A stretch of 64,000 bases of DNA from a virus (IMGVR_UViG_3300050035_000066:4477-68476); one strand, 5' to 3'. Shown: positions 39,683 through 49,216, counted from the first letter of the stretch. Notes: generated by a model from the letters alone, not told the origin. Program-made: numbers and translations.

Positions 39683-40417
39683 ATGATCATAATAGACCCG
39701 GCTGCCCAGATCGAAGAAATCACGCCTAAAGAATTCGACGTGGAATCCATCAACTCCATTCAGTCACTTTACAAAGAACTGAGGCAGGATTCCAAATCTC
39801 CAACTTTTGCCCTGACCTATCAGGGCACGTTCAAAACTCTTATGACCAACTGTGGCTTTACTGAGGTACAGGCTCGCAGCATTGAGGCTCGGTACCATGA
39901 ACTCTATGCAGTCAGTGATGCTTGGGTACAAGACAAGTTGGATCAGGCCAGTCAGTGTGGCTACGTGGTCATTGCCTTCGGTCTGAGGATCCGAACTCCT
40001 CTGCTGAAACAAGTTGTCAGGGGCAATCGCAAGACGCCCTACGAGGCAGAATGCGAGGGCAGGACAGCCGGAAATGCACTCGGTCAGAGTTGGTGTTTAC
40101 TCAATTCGAGAGCCAGCACTGAATTCATGGGCAAAGTCCGAGAGTCGGCTCATCGTTTATTCATCAAACCCTGTGCCCACATTCACGACGCCCAATATAT
40201 CTTAGTGAAGGACAGGATTGATACGGTTATATATGCCAATGAGCATCTGGTCAAGGCTGTTCAATGGCAGGACTCTCCAGAGATCGAGCATCCCCTAGTT
40301 AAGTTGGGGGGAGAGTTCTCAATCTTCTGGCCAAGCTGGGCTAAGGAGATCAGCATACCTAATTATGCCACTGAAGAAGAAATCTTCGCCATTGTCAAAA
40401 AAGCCATTACAATATAA
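39683..40417 (+). CDS. Family A DNA polymerase, C-terminal part (motifs B, C)
   Basis: RQDSKSPTFALTYQG, RTAGNALGQS, HIHDA; has its own AAGGAG RBS. Confidence 0.92.
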   Translation: MIIIDPAAQIEEITPKEFDVESINSIQSLYKELRQDSKSPTFALTYQGTFKTLMTNCGFTEVQARSIEARYHELYAVSDAWVQDKLDQASQCGYVVIAFGLRIRTPLLKQVVRGNRKTPYEAECEGRTAGNALGQSWCLLNSRASTEFMGKVRESAHRLFIKPCAHIHDAQYILVKDRIDTVIYANEHLVKAVQWQDSPEIEHPLVKLGGEFSIFWPSWAKEISIPNYATEEEIFAIVKKAITI

Positions 40418-40451
40418 ATGCTGTCTAAACTTGAGTTTGAGGTCTTACATT

Positions 40452-41798
40452 ATGGTTTGTAAAATCCTCGCTGCTTGCCTCTTTCTGAGTGCGACCATCA
40501 GTGTCGCTTCACCAATTGCCATCTCGGCAAACCACATCACCGATGATCACAACGTGACCATCTCTAAAGCTCAGTTATGTTTTGCCCCGGTGAATGCAGC
40601 CATGCAGCCGATCGGTTTCCGTTCAGACACGACCCAAGTGGTCAATAATCCTGTTTGCAACGAGATCGTTGCAGGCGTCATTCAAGGAGTATTGGTCCTG
40701 TGGCCGAATTCACCAGGGAGTTACTACCATATCTATGCTCAAACTGATTACTCGAATCGGATCATCAGAGATTGGGGAATGGCCTATATTACTTCAGGAC
40801 CGTGGACACTCGATGCCTTCGATCCGGATATGGCCATTCTCCCCGTCACTGCCATCACGATAGGAACCATTACAACTGGTTCCCCTTTGACTCCAGCTTC
40901 ATGCACCATTACTGGTGGAAGCCCTGCTCTTTTGAACTGTACCATCCCACAAGGGTATACAGGACCAACCGGACCACAAGGATTACCCGGTGGTGCTGTC
41001 TACTGGCGAAGTGCTTATGCCAGTGGTACAACTTACGGTCTTCTCGATGCTGTGAGTTACAACGGGTCGAGTTATGTTTCCATTCTTGGATCCAACATAG
41101 GTAATACCCCCGATAGTTCACCGACCTACTGGCAACTTCTTGCTGCGGGTGGAACCAACGGGACAAATGGTACCAACGGATCTACTGGTGCTGCTGGAAC
41201 AAACGGCACGAATGGAACTAACGGCACGAATGGAACCAATGGTACAAATGGAACTTCTCCATTGGGCACCTCGATCACGAGTCTCACAGTCGGCATGGGT
41301 AGTCAGGTCATTACGACCCAAACTGGCCTAGCCTTTGGCGTTGGTCAGTATGTTCGAGTCGTAGACTCGGCTACTCCGACCAACTACATGGAAGGAATCA
41401 TTACCGCCTATTCAGGAACGACTTTAACAGTCAATATTACCGTGACCAGTGGCAGTGGAACCTTCACCACATGGAACATCGTCGTCGCTGGACAGATTGG
41501 TGGATCCACAGGAATTGATTACTATATCACTTTCACTGGCTGCACTATGGACGTTGGTGGCAATAGCCATGACTGCACAGCAGTTCAAAACTTCTCAGGT
41601 GCCACACCAGTGATAAGTCCACCTGACACTGCTTTTTATCTTCAGTGCAATGCACTGACAGGTTATGATTGGGGAACATCAGTGAATGTGAATTCTCAGA
41701 CCACGACCAATTTCAATTACAGTATTGATGTCGATCGATATAATGGTCTTTCTGCAACATCTTTTCCAGTCATGTGGTGTCACTATCATCACAACTAG
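40452..41798 (+). CDS. Exported collagen-like/fibre-like protein with carbohydrate-binding-type module
   Basis: Signal peptide MVCKILAACLFLSATISVA|SP; Gxx repeats; W..AY.SGTTY...DAVSYNGSSY....N.G.TP....YW module. Confidence 0.7.
   Translation: MVCKILAACLFLSATISVASPIAISANHITDDHNVTISKAQLCFAPVNAAMQPIGFRSDTTQVVNNPVCNEIVAGVIQGVLVLWPNSPGSYYHIYAQTDYSNRIIRDWGMAYITSGPWTLDAFDPDMAILPVTAITIGTITTGSPLTPASCTITGGSPALLNCTIPQGYTGPTGPQGLPGGAVYWRSAYASGTTYGLLDAVSYNGSSYVSILGSNIGNTPDSSPTYWQLLAAGGTNGTNGTNGSTGAAGTNGTNGTNGTNGTNGTNGTSPLGTSITSLTVGMGSQVITTQTGLAFGVGQYVRVVDSATPTNYMEGIITAYSGTTLTVNITVTSGSGTFTTWNIVVAGQIGGSTGIDYYITFTGCTMDVGGNSHDCTAVQNFSGATPVISPPDTAFYLQCNALTGYDWGTSVNVNSQTTTNFNYSIDVDRYNGLSATSFPVMWCHYHHN
41151..41256 (+). 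repeat. 9-nt tandem repeat encoding (GTN)n collagen-like triplets
   Basis: ggaaccaac gggacaaat ggtaccaac ... ggcacgaat ggaactaac ggcacgaat ggaaccaat ggtacaaat. Confidence 0.9.
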
Positions 41799-41876
41799 TT
41801 ATTTTGTTTCTTGAGTAATTCCATTGCTCAAGTTAGGGGAGGGGAAACCCTCCCTAACTTTCCAAAGGGAGTAAAG

Positions 41877-42299
41877 ATGACCTCCAAGCAAAAACCTCTC
41901 CACTATCATTTGGTAACTGGCGAGATCTTCTTCAGACATAAATCGTCTGAGGAAGTTGGCACTACCCGCCTTAACGCAATTATTGCCGACCCACAGAAGG
42001 CAATTCCCGTTAAGCTTCTGGGCGCAGCACAACAAACACTCCAGCTTAACTTTTTCAAAATGATGGGTGATGACGCAAAAGACACGAATGTGCTCAATTG
42101 TGTGATTTACTCATTCAGTCATCTGGGGTACATGACTTCGGACGAGTTCCATGCAAGTCCTGATGGAACAAAGCTACAAGAAGTCGCTGTGAACACAGAA
42201 GAACCTGCAACATCTGGTGAGAACAAGCTGAGGATTATGCCCCCGGTTGGTATCTCACTGGAGCAAGCGGTAGCGGGGGCTGAAAAGACAAAGGAATGA
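41877..42299 (+). CDS. Conserved N4-like hypothetical protein
   Basis: HYHLV.GEI...LNA...I....LG.AQQ.LQ...SHLG.MT..EF motif; precedes the nuclease gene. Confidence 0.65.
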   Translation: MTSKQKPLHYHLVTGEIFFRHKSSEEVGTTRLNAIIADPQKAIPVKLLGAAQQTLQLNFFKMMGDDAKDTNVLNCVIYSFSHLGYMTSDEFHASPDGTKLQEVAVNTEEPATSGENKLRIMPPVGISLEQAVAGAEKTKE

Positions 42300-42473
42300 C
42301 AACAATTCTCAGTCTGGCTTTGAGCTTTTTTCTTCAGGCGGGACTGATGATCATCATGGAGTGGTGTACGAAACTCTTGGCGACCATCTAATCCTGCGCG
42401 AACATTGGAAACTCAGAAGGGCCACAGTGCTATAAGGCTGTGGCCCACCAATTTTACATTGAGGAGTAAGACC

Positions 42474-43445
42474 ATGATCATTAGCAATCACACCGATATT
42501 CCCTTGGCATTAGCCGTTTGGCTTCTCCACGATGAATATGATTTCATCCTTGAACCGAATTACATCTCGGCTACAACTCTGATGAGGCCGATCCGTCACA
42601 TCATTTTGCCAAGTCGAGTTCCCAGTGATGAGCAAGAGATGGATGTCTCCGATCTCATCCCATCGGCTCTGGGCAAGTCCCTGCACGACTCGATTGAGAA
42701 GGCATGGGTCAAGGGTCACAAGCGTTCTCTCAAGTTGTTGGGCTACCCAGACAACGTGATCAACCGTGTACTCGTCAATCCAAAACCAGAAGAAATCCAA
42801 AGTGATTCAATTGTCATTTGGGTCGAGCAACGCACCATTCGCAAGTTCCAGAATTTTACGATCGGTGGCAAGTTTGATCTGGTCACCGAAGGAATATTGC
42901 AGGATAATAAGTCCACCTCTGTTTATGCATGGGTGTACGGAACCAAGGATGAAGACTATGCCTTGCAGGGCAGCCTTTACAAATGGCTGAACCCCGACAA
43001 GATCACTGAAGACTTTATTCGGATCAATTTCATTTTCACCGATTGGCAAAAGAACATGGCCAAGCGTGATCCGAAGTATCCACAGAGTCGTCTCATGCAC
43101 AAGGACATCACACTCTGGTCCGATGAACAGACTGAAGCGTGGATCTCTCGCAAGTTGGGATTGATTCGTCAGTATCAGGAAGTGGCTGAAAAAGACATTC
43201 CCGAATGCACTGATGAGGAACTTTGGAGAAGTGAACCAAAGTTCAAATACTACTCCGATCCTGCGAAGGCAATTGCTGCTAACAGGTCAACCAAAAACTT
43301 TGAATCTCTTGCTCTTGCTCGTGCATTCATGGCCGAGAAGGGTGGCATTGGAAAGGTCTTGACGGTTCCCGGAGAAGTTCAACGCTGTAATTACTGTGCT
43401 GCGTATTCAATCTGCACACAAAAGGACAGATATCTTCATGATTGA
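42474..43445 (+). CDS. PD-(D/E)XK / Cas4-like nuclease (N4 gp42-like)
   Basis: IPLALAVWL.HD.YD, GGKFD...QDNKST, C-terminal RCNYC...CTQ. Confidence 0.85.
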   Translation: MIISNHTDIPLALAVWLLHDEYDFILEPNYISATTLMRPIRHIILPSRVPSDEQEMDVSDLIPSALGKSLHDSIEKAWVKGHKRSLKLLGYPDNVINRVLVNPKPEEIQSDSIVIWVEQRTIRKFQNFTIGGKFDLVTEGILQDNKSTSVYAWVYGTKDEDYALQGSLYKWLNPDKITEDFIRINFIFTDWQKNMAKRDPKYPQSRLMHKDITLWSDEQTEAWISRKLGLIRQYQEVAEKDIPECTDEELWRSEPKFKYYSDPAKAIAANRSTKNFESLALARAFMAEKGGIGKVLTVPGEVQRCNYCAAYSICTQKDRYLHD

Positions 43446-45588
43446 TTTGACTGGAGTAACACACCATCCTGCAATTGAAGAGATTGTAGAAGTGTTGTGC
43501 AACAAGACTCAAAACACAGATCATGGTTTCTTTCGTACAGAAGTCGCTTACTTTCTAGGTAAGATGGCCTCTTGTATGAGGGCAATTATCGTCACCAAAG
43601 ACCGGGGAGAAATCCCCATTAACATTTATGCTTTGGCTCTCGCAAATTCGGGTTTTGGTAAAGGTTACTCCGTCAATATCATGGAGAACGAATTCATTAA
43701 GGGATTCAAGAAACGGTTCATGGAAGAAACACTTCCAACTATGGCCGACAAGAATCTCTGGGTGATAGCCAATGATCGTGCTCTTCGTGCTGGTTCTGAT
43801 CAGCAGGAAGAGTATGACAAGGTTGTAGCCGAATACAAGAGAACAGGTGCATATCCATTCACCTTTGACTCAGGCACATCACCAGCCGTCAAGCAACTAC
43901 GACATAAGTTGATGATGGCTGATTGTGGATCTATCAATCTTCAGATTGATGAAATTGGATCCAATCTGTTGGCCAATGTCGAAGTGCTCACTCTCTACTT
44001 GGAGTTGTATGATCAGGGGCTCGTCAAACAAAAGTTGACGAAGAACACCAACGAAAATCAACGTGGTGAAGAATTGGATGGGAAGACCCCAGCCAATGTG
44101 TTGCTGTTTGGCACTCCTGGAAAGTTGCTTGATGGGAGTCAGACTGAGGATCAGTTCTATCAGTTCCTTGAGACTGGCTATGCTCGTCGTTGTATCTTTG
44201 GAAATGGGATCCAAACAAGAAAAGCATTCAACACTATGACTGCTACCCAGATTTACGATCGACTCTTACAACCAGTCAACAATTCACTTGTGACAAAGTG
44301 GGCCAACCACTTCCATCATCTTGCTGATCCAGCTATGTTTGGTTGGAAAGTTTGTGTGGAAGACGCAGTGGCTATTAAGCTACTGGAATACCGCATCGCT
44401 TGTGAGCAAGCCTCTGACAAGATGGCTGATCATGAAGATGTTCGTAAAGCTGAACTCAGTCACCGTTACTTCAAAGCTTTGAAGCTTGCAGGTGCATTTG
44501 CTTTCATTGATGAAAGTCTGGAAATCACAGAGGATCATCTCATGTCAGCAATCCTGTTGGTCGAAGAAAGTGGCTTTGCTTTTCAAACGATCTTGAATCG
44601 TGAGAAGGCATATGTGAAGCTGGCCAAGTACATCGCTGCGGTTGAAACTGATGTAACTCATGCTGATCTGAATGAAGCACTACCATTTTACAAGTCTGGT
44701 AATGCTGCACGTCAGGAAATGATGACCCTTGCTACAGCATGGGGTTATCGCCACAGCATCATCATCAAGAAGTCGTTCATTGATGGTATTGAATTCTTCA
44801 AGGGAGAAACTCTAACAGAAACAAATCTGGATGAAATGATCGTCTCTTACAGTGATCACTGGGCTTACAACTATCTAGGTGAGAAAGTTCCATTCTTTCA
44901 ATTGGATAAGTTGACTCAAATGCAGGGATTTCACTGGTCGAACCATCACTTCAAAAATGGTCACCGTGCTGAAGAAAATGTCATCGTTGGTTTCAACATG
45001 TTGGTACTGGATGTAGATGAGGGAACCAACTTATCTACAGCCTGTGAACTTATGAAGGACTATAAGTACACGGTTTACACTACCAAACGCCACACTCCTG
45101 AACACAATCGGTTTCGCATGATTCTCCCCATCAACTATATTCTAGAACTCGACTCGGATGAGTATCGAGAGTTCATGGATAACGTGGTCGGTTGGCTGCC
45201 TTTCAATATTGACGAAGCTGCCAACCAGCGATCACGTAAATGGGAGAGCTTTGAGGGTGGTACCGTCAGCTATAATATGGATGGTGAAATCCTCGATGCA
45301 CTGGCCTTCATTCCCAAGACCAGCAAGAATGAAGCCTACAAGCAACAGTTCCAATCAGTTCAGTCATTGGATAATCTGGAACGGTGGTTCGCTCAACGCA
45401 TTCTCACAGGCAATCGAAACAACCAACTACTGCGTTATGCATTGGCATTGGTCGATAGTGGAATGAGTCTTATGGATGTGGACAAACAGGTCCACTCATT
45501 CAATGCAAAGTTGAATTCAGCTTTGCCTGACAGTGAGATCAATTCTACAATCATGGTCACGATTGCTAAACGCTATCAAACCAAATAG
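43438..45588 (+). CDS. DNA primase (N4 gp43-like)
   Basis: SGFGKG, LDVDEG, YTTKRH, GNRNNQL PriCT-like C-terminus. Confidence 0.88.
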   Translation: MIDLTGVTHHPAIEEIVEVLCNKTQNTDHGFFRTEVAYFLGKMASCMRAIIVTKDRGEIPINIYALALANSGFGKGYSVNIMENEFIKGFKKRFMEETLPTMADKNLWVIANDRALRAGSDQQEEYDKVVAEYKRTGAYPFTFDSGTSPAVKQLRHKLMMADCGSINLQIDEIGSNLLANVEVLTLYLELYDQGLVKQKLTKNTNENQRGEELDGKTPANVLLFGTPGKLLDGSQTEDQFYQFLETGYARRCIFGNGIQTRKAFNTMTATQIYDRLLQPVNNSLVTKWANHFHHLADPAMFGWKVCVEDAVAIKLLEYRIACEQASDKMADHEDVRKAELSHRYFKALKLAGAFAFIDESLEITEDHLMSAILLVEESGFAFQTILNREKAYVKLAKYIAAVETDVTHADLNEALPFYKSGNAARQEMMTLATAWGYRHSIIIKKSFIDGIEFFKGETLTETNLDEMIVSYSDHWAYNYLGEKVPFFQLDKLTQMQGFHWSNHHFKNGHRAEENVIVGFNMLVLDVDEGTNLSTACELMKDYKYTVYTTKRHTPEHNRFRMILPINYILELDSDEYREFMDNVVGWLPFNIDEAANQRSRKWESFEGGTVSYNMDGEILDALAFIPKTSKNEAYKQQFQSVQSLDNLERWFAQRILTGNRNNQLLRYALALVDSGMSLMDVDKQVHSFNAKLNSALPDSEINSTIMVTIAKRYQTK

Positions 45589-45640
45589 GAACCTGTCAGT
45601 GCGTTTCTTGAGTTCGTACTGACAGGTTCAGGAGAGAAAC

Positions 45641-46381
45641 ATGGCACACGACATCAATGAACCAAATGATCAACTAGTTCTAGTGGTTGGTTATTCGTCA
45701 GGGGGCAAGAGTGCATCCTTGCGTAACCTTACAAATCAGGAACGGTGGCTCTATCTGAATACTGAAGCTGGCAAGAGATTGCCCTTCAAGAATTCATTCA
45801 AAAGCTATCGCATCACCGATCCCTATCAAGTGCATGAAGCATTTGATTATGGGACCGACAATCCTGAAGTGGATGGCATTGTTGTTGACTCACTTACATT
45901 TCTCATGGATATGTTTGAGTCACAATATGTGATCAACTCGGCCAACACCATGAAAGGTTGGGCAGATTTTGCTCAATTCTACAAGGTGCTGATGCAGCAA
46001 AAGGTCACACTGTTCAACAAGCCTGCCATCTTCACTGCCCATGTGCTTGATACTCTCGATGAGAGAAACATGGAAATGAAGACCAGTGTTCCCGTCAAGG
46101 GATCATTAAAAAACAATGGCATTGAAGCTTACTTCTCCACTGTAGTTGCCGCGAAGCGTGTGGCAATCAAGGAGTTGGAAAAGTACGGCAGCAAATTGTT
46201 GGTCATCTCTGATGAAGAGAAGGAACTCGGCTATAAGCATGTGTTCCAAACTCGACCTACAAAGACCACTACCGGGGAGCGCCTCCGTTCGCCAATGGAA
46301 ATGTTCACCAAAGAACAGACCTACATGGACAACGATGTTCAGGTGCTTCTGAACCATTTGCATGAGTTCTACCACGGATAG
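45641..46381 (+). CDS. AAA ATPase, Sak4-like (N4 gp44-like)
   Basis: GYSSGGKSASL, VVDSLTF. Confidence 0.88.
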   Translation: MAHDINEPNDQLVLVVGYSSGGKSASLRNLTNQERWLYLNTEAGKRLPFKNSFKSYRITDPYQVHEAFDYGTDNPEVDGIVVDSLTFLMDMFESQYVINSANTMKGWADFAQFYKVLMQQKVTLFNKPAIFTAHVLDTLDERNMEMKTSVPVKGSLKNNGIEAYFSTVVAAKRVAIKELEKYGSKLLVISDEEKELGYKHVFQTRPTKTTTGERLRSPMEMFTKEQTYMDNDVQVLLNHLHEFYHG

Positions 46382-46426
46382 GTAGAACTTCTCACCTTTC
46401 AAATTCATCTTTGAGGATTCAAATCA

Positions 46427-47179
46427 ATGAACAATGTGTTTGGCAATCTCACAACGCAGGGACTGGAAGAGTCTTCTGATCGTCTTGGCGGTTTCGCACC
46501 GTTAGAAACCGACATCTATACCGGTATCGTGAAGGCACTCTTCGCCGGTGAATCACAGGGCGGGGCAATGAGCCTCACACTGATCGCTGATTTCGGTGGC
46601 AAGGAATTCAGCGAAACGGTCTACGTGACCAATAAGAAGAAGGAAAACTTCTTCGTCAACAAGAATGATCCCAAGAAGCGTGTTCCGCTTCCCGGCTTCA
46701 CGATTGCTGATGACATCTGTCTGATTACGTCAGGCAAGCCGCTCGCAGAGCAGGTTCCGGAGGAGAAGGTCGTGAACCTTTACGACTTCGACGCCAAGAA
46801 GGAATTGCCCAAGGCAGTTCAGATGCTCATGGAGTGCGTCGGTCAGCCAATCGCTCTCGGCATCGTCAAGCAGACAGTGAACAAGCGTGAGAAGCAAGGT
46901 GATGAGTATGTCCCCACGACTGAAACACGCGATGAGAACGTCATCGAGAAGGTCTTTCATCCCGAGTTTAAGCTCACCGTTGCGGAAGCTCGCAATGGCA
47001 AAGGCAGCGACGAAGCCAACAAGTTCTATGATGCTTGGCTCAAGAAGAACAAGGGTGTCACTCGTGACAAAACCACTGTCAAGGATGGACAGGGCGGAAG
47101 TTCGGCTCCTCCAAAGGCAGGCAGCAAAACGGCTCCAGCAGCCAACGCTGCTCCTCGCAAGAGCCTGTTTAGTAAGTAA
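46427..47179 (+). CDS. ssb: Single-stranded DNA-binding protein/late activator (N4 gp45-like)
   Basis: D.LGG...ETDIY, LPGF...D.ICL, C-terminal RKSLF. Confidence 0.88.
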   Translation: MNNVFGNLTTQGLEESSDRLGGFAPLETDIYTGIVKALFAGESQGGAMSLTLIADFGGKEFSETVYVTNKKKENFFVNKNDPKKRVPLPGFTIADDICLITSGKPLAEQVPEEKVVNLYDFDAKKELPKAVQMLMECVGQPIALGIVKQTVNKREKQGDEYVPTTETRDENVIEKVFHPEFKLTVAEARNGKGSDEANKFYDAWLKKNKGVTRDKTTVKDGQGGSSAPPKAGSKTAPAANAAPRKSLFSK

Positions 47180-47182
47180 GCA

Positions 47183-47737
47183 ATGAAGATCCCAGTAGTT
47201 GGGTTCGATCCTAGCTTACGAAGTTGGGGGGTGGCACAAGCCACCCTCGATCTCCAGACGGGTTACCTGACCGACCTTGTACTTTCGATCATTGAACCAA
47301 AAGAGCCACAAGGGAAACAGGTACGGAAAAATTCACATGATCTCTATCGGGCCGAACAACTCGCAAAGGAAGCCTTTCGATGTGCTCGTCTCGCCAAAGT
47401 TATCTTTGTGGAAGTTCCCGTTGGATCACAATCTGCAAGAGCTATGGCATCCTACGGAATTTGTGTTGGCATCCTTGGATCCATAATGTCAGAAGGCATT
47501 CCTTTGATCGAAGTGACAGCCACTGAGGTGAAAAAATCATTTACTGGTGACAAAAATGCCACCAAAGATGAGATGATTGCCTATGCAGTTTCGACTTATC
47601 CCACTGCAAACTTTCCTCGTCATAGAGGTAAAGTGTCGAATAAAGCTGAACACGTAGCAGATGCAATTGCTACGATTCATGCTGGTGTCAACACCCCAAT
47701 GTTTCAAAATCTAATGCGATTATTCGCAGGAGTGTGA
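47183..47737 (+). CDS. RuvC-like Holliday junction resolvase (N4 gp46-like)
   Basis: VVGFDPSL, VEVPVGSQSARA, EHVADA. Confidence 0.88.
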   Translation: MKIPVVGFDPSLRSWGVAQATLDLQTGYLTDLVLSIIEPKEPQGKQVRKNSHDLYRAEQLAKEAFRCARLAKVIFVEVPVGSQSARAMASYGICVGILGSIMSEGIPLIEVTATEVKKSFTGDKNATKDEMIAYAVSTYPTANFPRHRGKVSNKAEHVADAIATIHAGVNTPMFQNLMRLFAGV

Positions 47738-47745
47738 AAAGAACT

Positions 47746-48240
47746 ATGCAAATCATCCTCGTCCAACACGAAATCGAGCAGGCTCTCAAGATGTATTTGG
47801 GTCAACGACTCACGATTACCGAGGGCACTGAAATCAACATCGATCTGGCTGCAACTCGTGGCTCTGAAGGCACGAAGGCCATTATCGATCTGATTCCGGC
47901 TGCTCCGGCAACTGTGGCCACTACAGGCAAGAGCAATATGCTCACCAATCTTCGTCAGCCAAGGACCAAGTCAGCTATACCAGCAGCATCCACCAAGGAT
48001 GTTCCGGATACATCTGTTATGAAAGTCCAGAAGGTCGAAGTTTCCGAGTCTGAGACGGTTCAGGAAGCAGAGCCTGAAGTGGTTGAAGCTGAAGCCGAGC
48101 CTACCGAGGCAGAGGCAGAGGCAGACGATCCAGAGCCAGTGGAGGAAGTTGTGGCTGATCCTCCAGCAGCCGCAGCACCAGTCACGGCAACCCCGGTGAA
48201 GAGTCTCTTCGCCAACCTCCGGAAGCCGACAAACGTCTAA
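47746..48240 (+). CDS. Conserved N4-like protein with acidic linker
   Basis: MQIIL.Q.EIEQAL...I.L.ATRG..G..A.ID; ends KSLFANL. Confidence 0.7.
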   Translation: MQIILVQHEIEQALKMYLGQRLTITEGTEINIDLAATRGSEGTKAIIDLIPAAPATVATTGKSNMLTNLRQPRTKSAIPAASTKDVPDTSVMKVQKVEVSESETVQEAEPEVVEAEAEPTEAEAEADDPEPVEEVVADPPAAAAPVTATPVKSLFANLRKPTNV

Positions 48241-48262
48241 TCTGGAACCAAGAATAAAAATT

Positions 48263-48293
48263 GAGGAGCCTCCTTCGGGGGGCTTCTTCTTTT
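48263..48293 (+). terminator. Intrinsic terminator
   Basis: gaggagcctcc ttcg gggggcttctt ctttt. Confidence 0.8.
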
Positions 48294-48297
48294 CATG

Positions 48298-48365
48298 GGG
48301 TGAGTAGCTCAATGCAGAGCAGCGGTAATACCCGTGCGTTGTGGGTTCGATTCCCACCTCACCCT
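48298..48365 (+). tRNA. Degenerate tRNA / tRNA-like RNA (shortened anticodon arm, identity unassignable)
   Basis: Acceptor GGGTGAG/CTCACCC, D arm GCTC-AATGCA-GAGC, T arm GTGGG-TTCGATT-CCCAC; anticodon arm only 14 nt; no encoded CCA. Confidence 0.7.
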
Positions 48366-48443
48366 CTCGAATTTTTCTTTTAATCCAACATAAGTTGGAG
48401 TATAAATACAACAGAAATAGAGAATTCTTGGAGGAATTTCTTA

Positions 48444-48695
48444 ATGACGCATCCCGCCCTGCAACTCAGTTATGCCTATCAAACATGTGTTTGTAGTGAA
48501 TGCACTCTCAGTATATGTAGGGGGGAACGTGTTGTTTACTATACCGAACGTCTCGCAGCAGATCCCCTCACAAAACGGGTAAGCAAGATTCGACACACTT
48601 TGTGTGAGTCCTGTGGTCAAGAAGCTGAGGAATCTCTGACGTGTTACGCTATTGACGAGTCCCTGACCGATCTCATCAAAGCTCAAGAAGGGTGA
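48444..48695 (+). CDS. Small Zn-finger-like protein
   Basis: CSEC...CESC; GGAGG RBS. Confidence 0.6.
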   Translation: MTHPALQLSYAYQTCVCSECTLSICRGERVVYYTERLAADPLTKRVSKIRHTLCESCGQEAEESLTCYAIDESLTDLIKAQEG

Positions 48696-48703
48696 AAGGA
48701 TCT

Positions 48704-48817
48704 ATGCGCTTTTACATTGGAACTAAAGTCGTGGCTGCCAAGCCCATGAACAAACAAGCTGCCGAAGAACACCTTCAAGATGTGATTGGTGAAGATTGGT
48801 ACATCATTTACCAGTAA
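48704..48817 (+). pseudogene. Internally deleted Tad2/DUF2829-type gene (37 aa)
   Basis: MRFYIGTKVVAAKPMN...QDVIGEDWYII joins the usual N-terminal and C-terminal motifs of these proteins. Confidence 0.55.
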
Positions 48818-48889
48818 TTCAACCTCAATCCAAATTTAAGGAGGCCACTTACGAGTGGCCTTCTTCTTGATCCAAGGAGGATCGAAAGA

Positions 48890-49216
48890 ATGGCTTGCTA
48901 CAAACACTACACACTCAAAAAAATGAGCACCATTGCCTTCAACAAAATGTTGAAGGAAGAAGGCGCTTGTGCAAAAGGTCGCAGATTCACGAAGGATAAG
49001 ACCCTTCAGAAATTCTGGAAGACCTGTCAAAATGGCTCATGGATGCGCTGGCTTCTTTGGCAAATGAGTGAAACCGAGGGATGGATTCCCGAATCTGATG
49101 TTTCCACGCTCTGTAATCATGGATATGATATCTACATACATACTTTAAGTAATGATGATGATGCAGATCTGCTTGCAGAGGCCGAGTTCTATCGCCGTCA
49201 GATTTCAGTGGAGTAA
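48890..49216 (+). CDS. Hypothetical protein (L...GAC..G...W..C....WM.W family)
   Basis: AAGGAGG RBS; last plus-strand gene. Confidence 0.6.
   Translation: MACYKHYTLKKMSTIAFNKMLKEEGACAKGRRFTKDKTLQKFWKTCQNGSWMRWLLWQMSETEGWIPESDVSTLCNHGYDIYIHTLSNDDDADLLAEAEFYRRQISVE

Noticed and set aside
39620-39685. Stop-codon readthrough, recoding or ribosomal bypass joining the polymerase halves (both are in the same frame)
   Set aside because: Three in-frame stops (TAG, TAG, TGA), no in-frame matching AAT landing codon, and a strong RBS before part 2; other genes end normally in TAG
39480-39760. Active split intein
   Set aside because: No N-terminal Cys/Ser at a plausible junction and no C-terminal His-Asn + Cys/Ser/Thr
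41151-41256. CRISPR-like or DGR repeat
   Set aside because: Codon-diversified 9-nt coding repeat with no spacers; no reverse transcriptase or cas genes in the window
42474-43445. Cas4 as part of a CRISPR system
   Set aside because: Core N4 gp42-like nuclease in its usual syntenic position; no array
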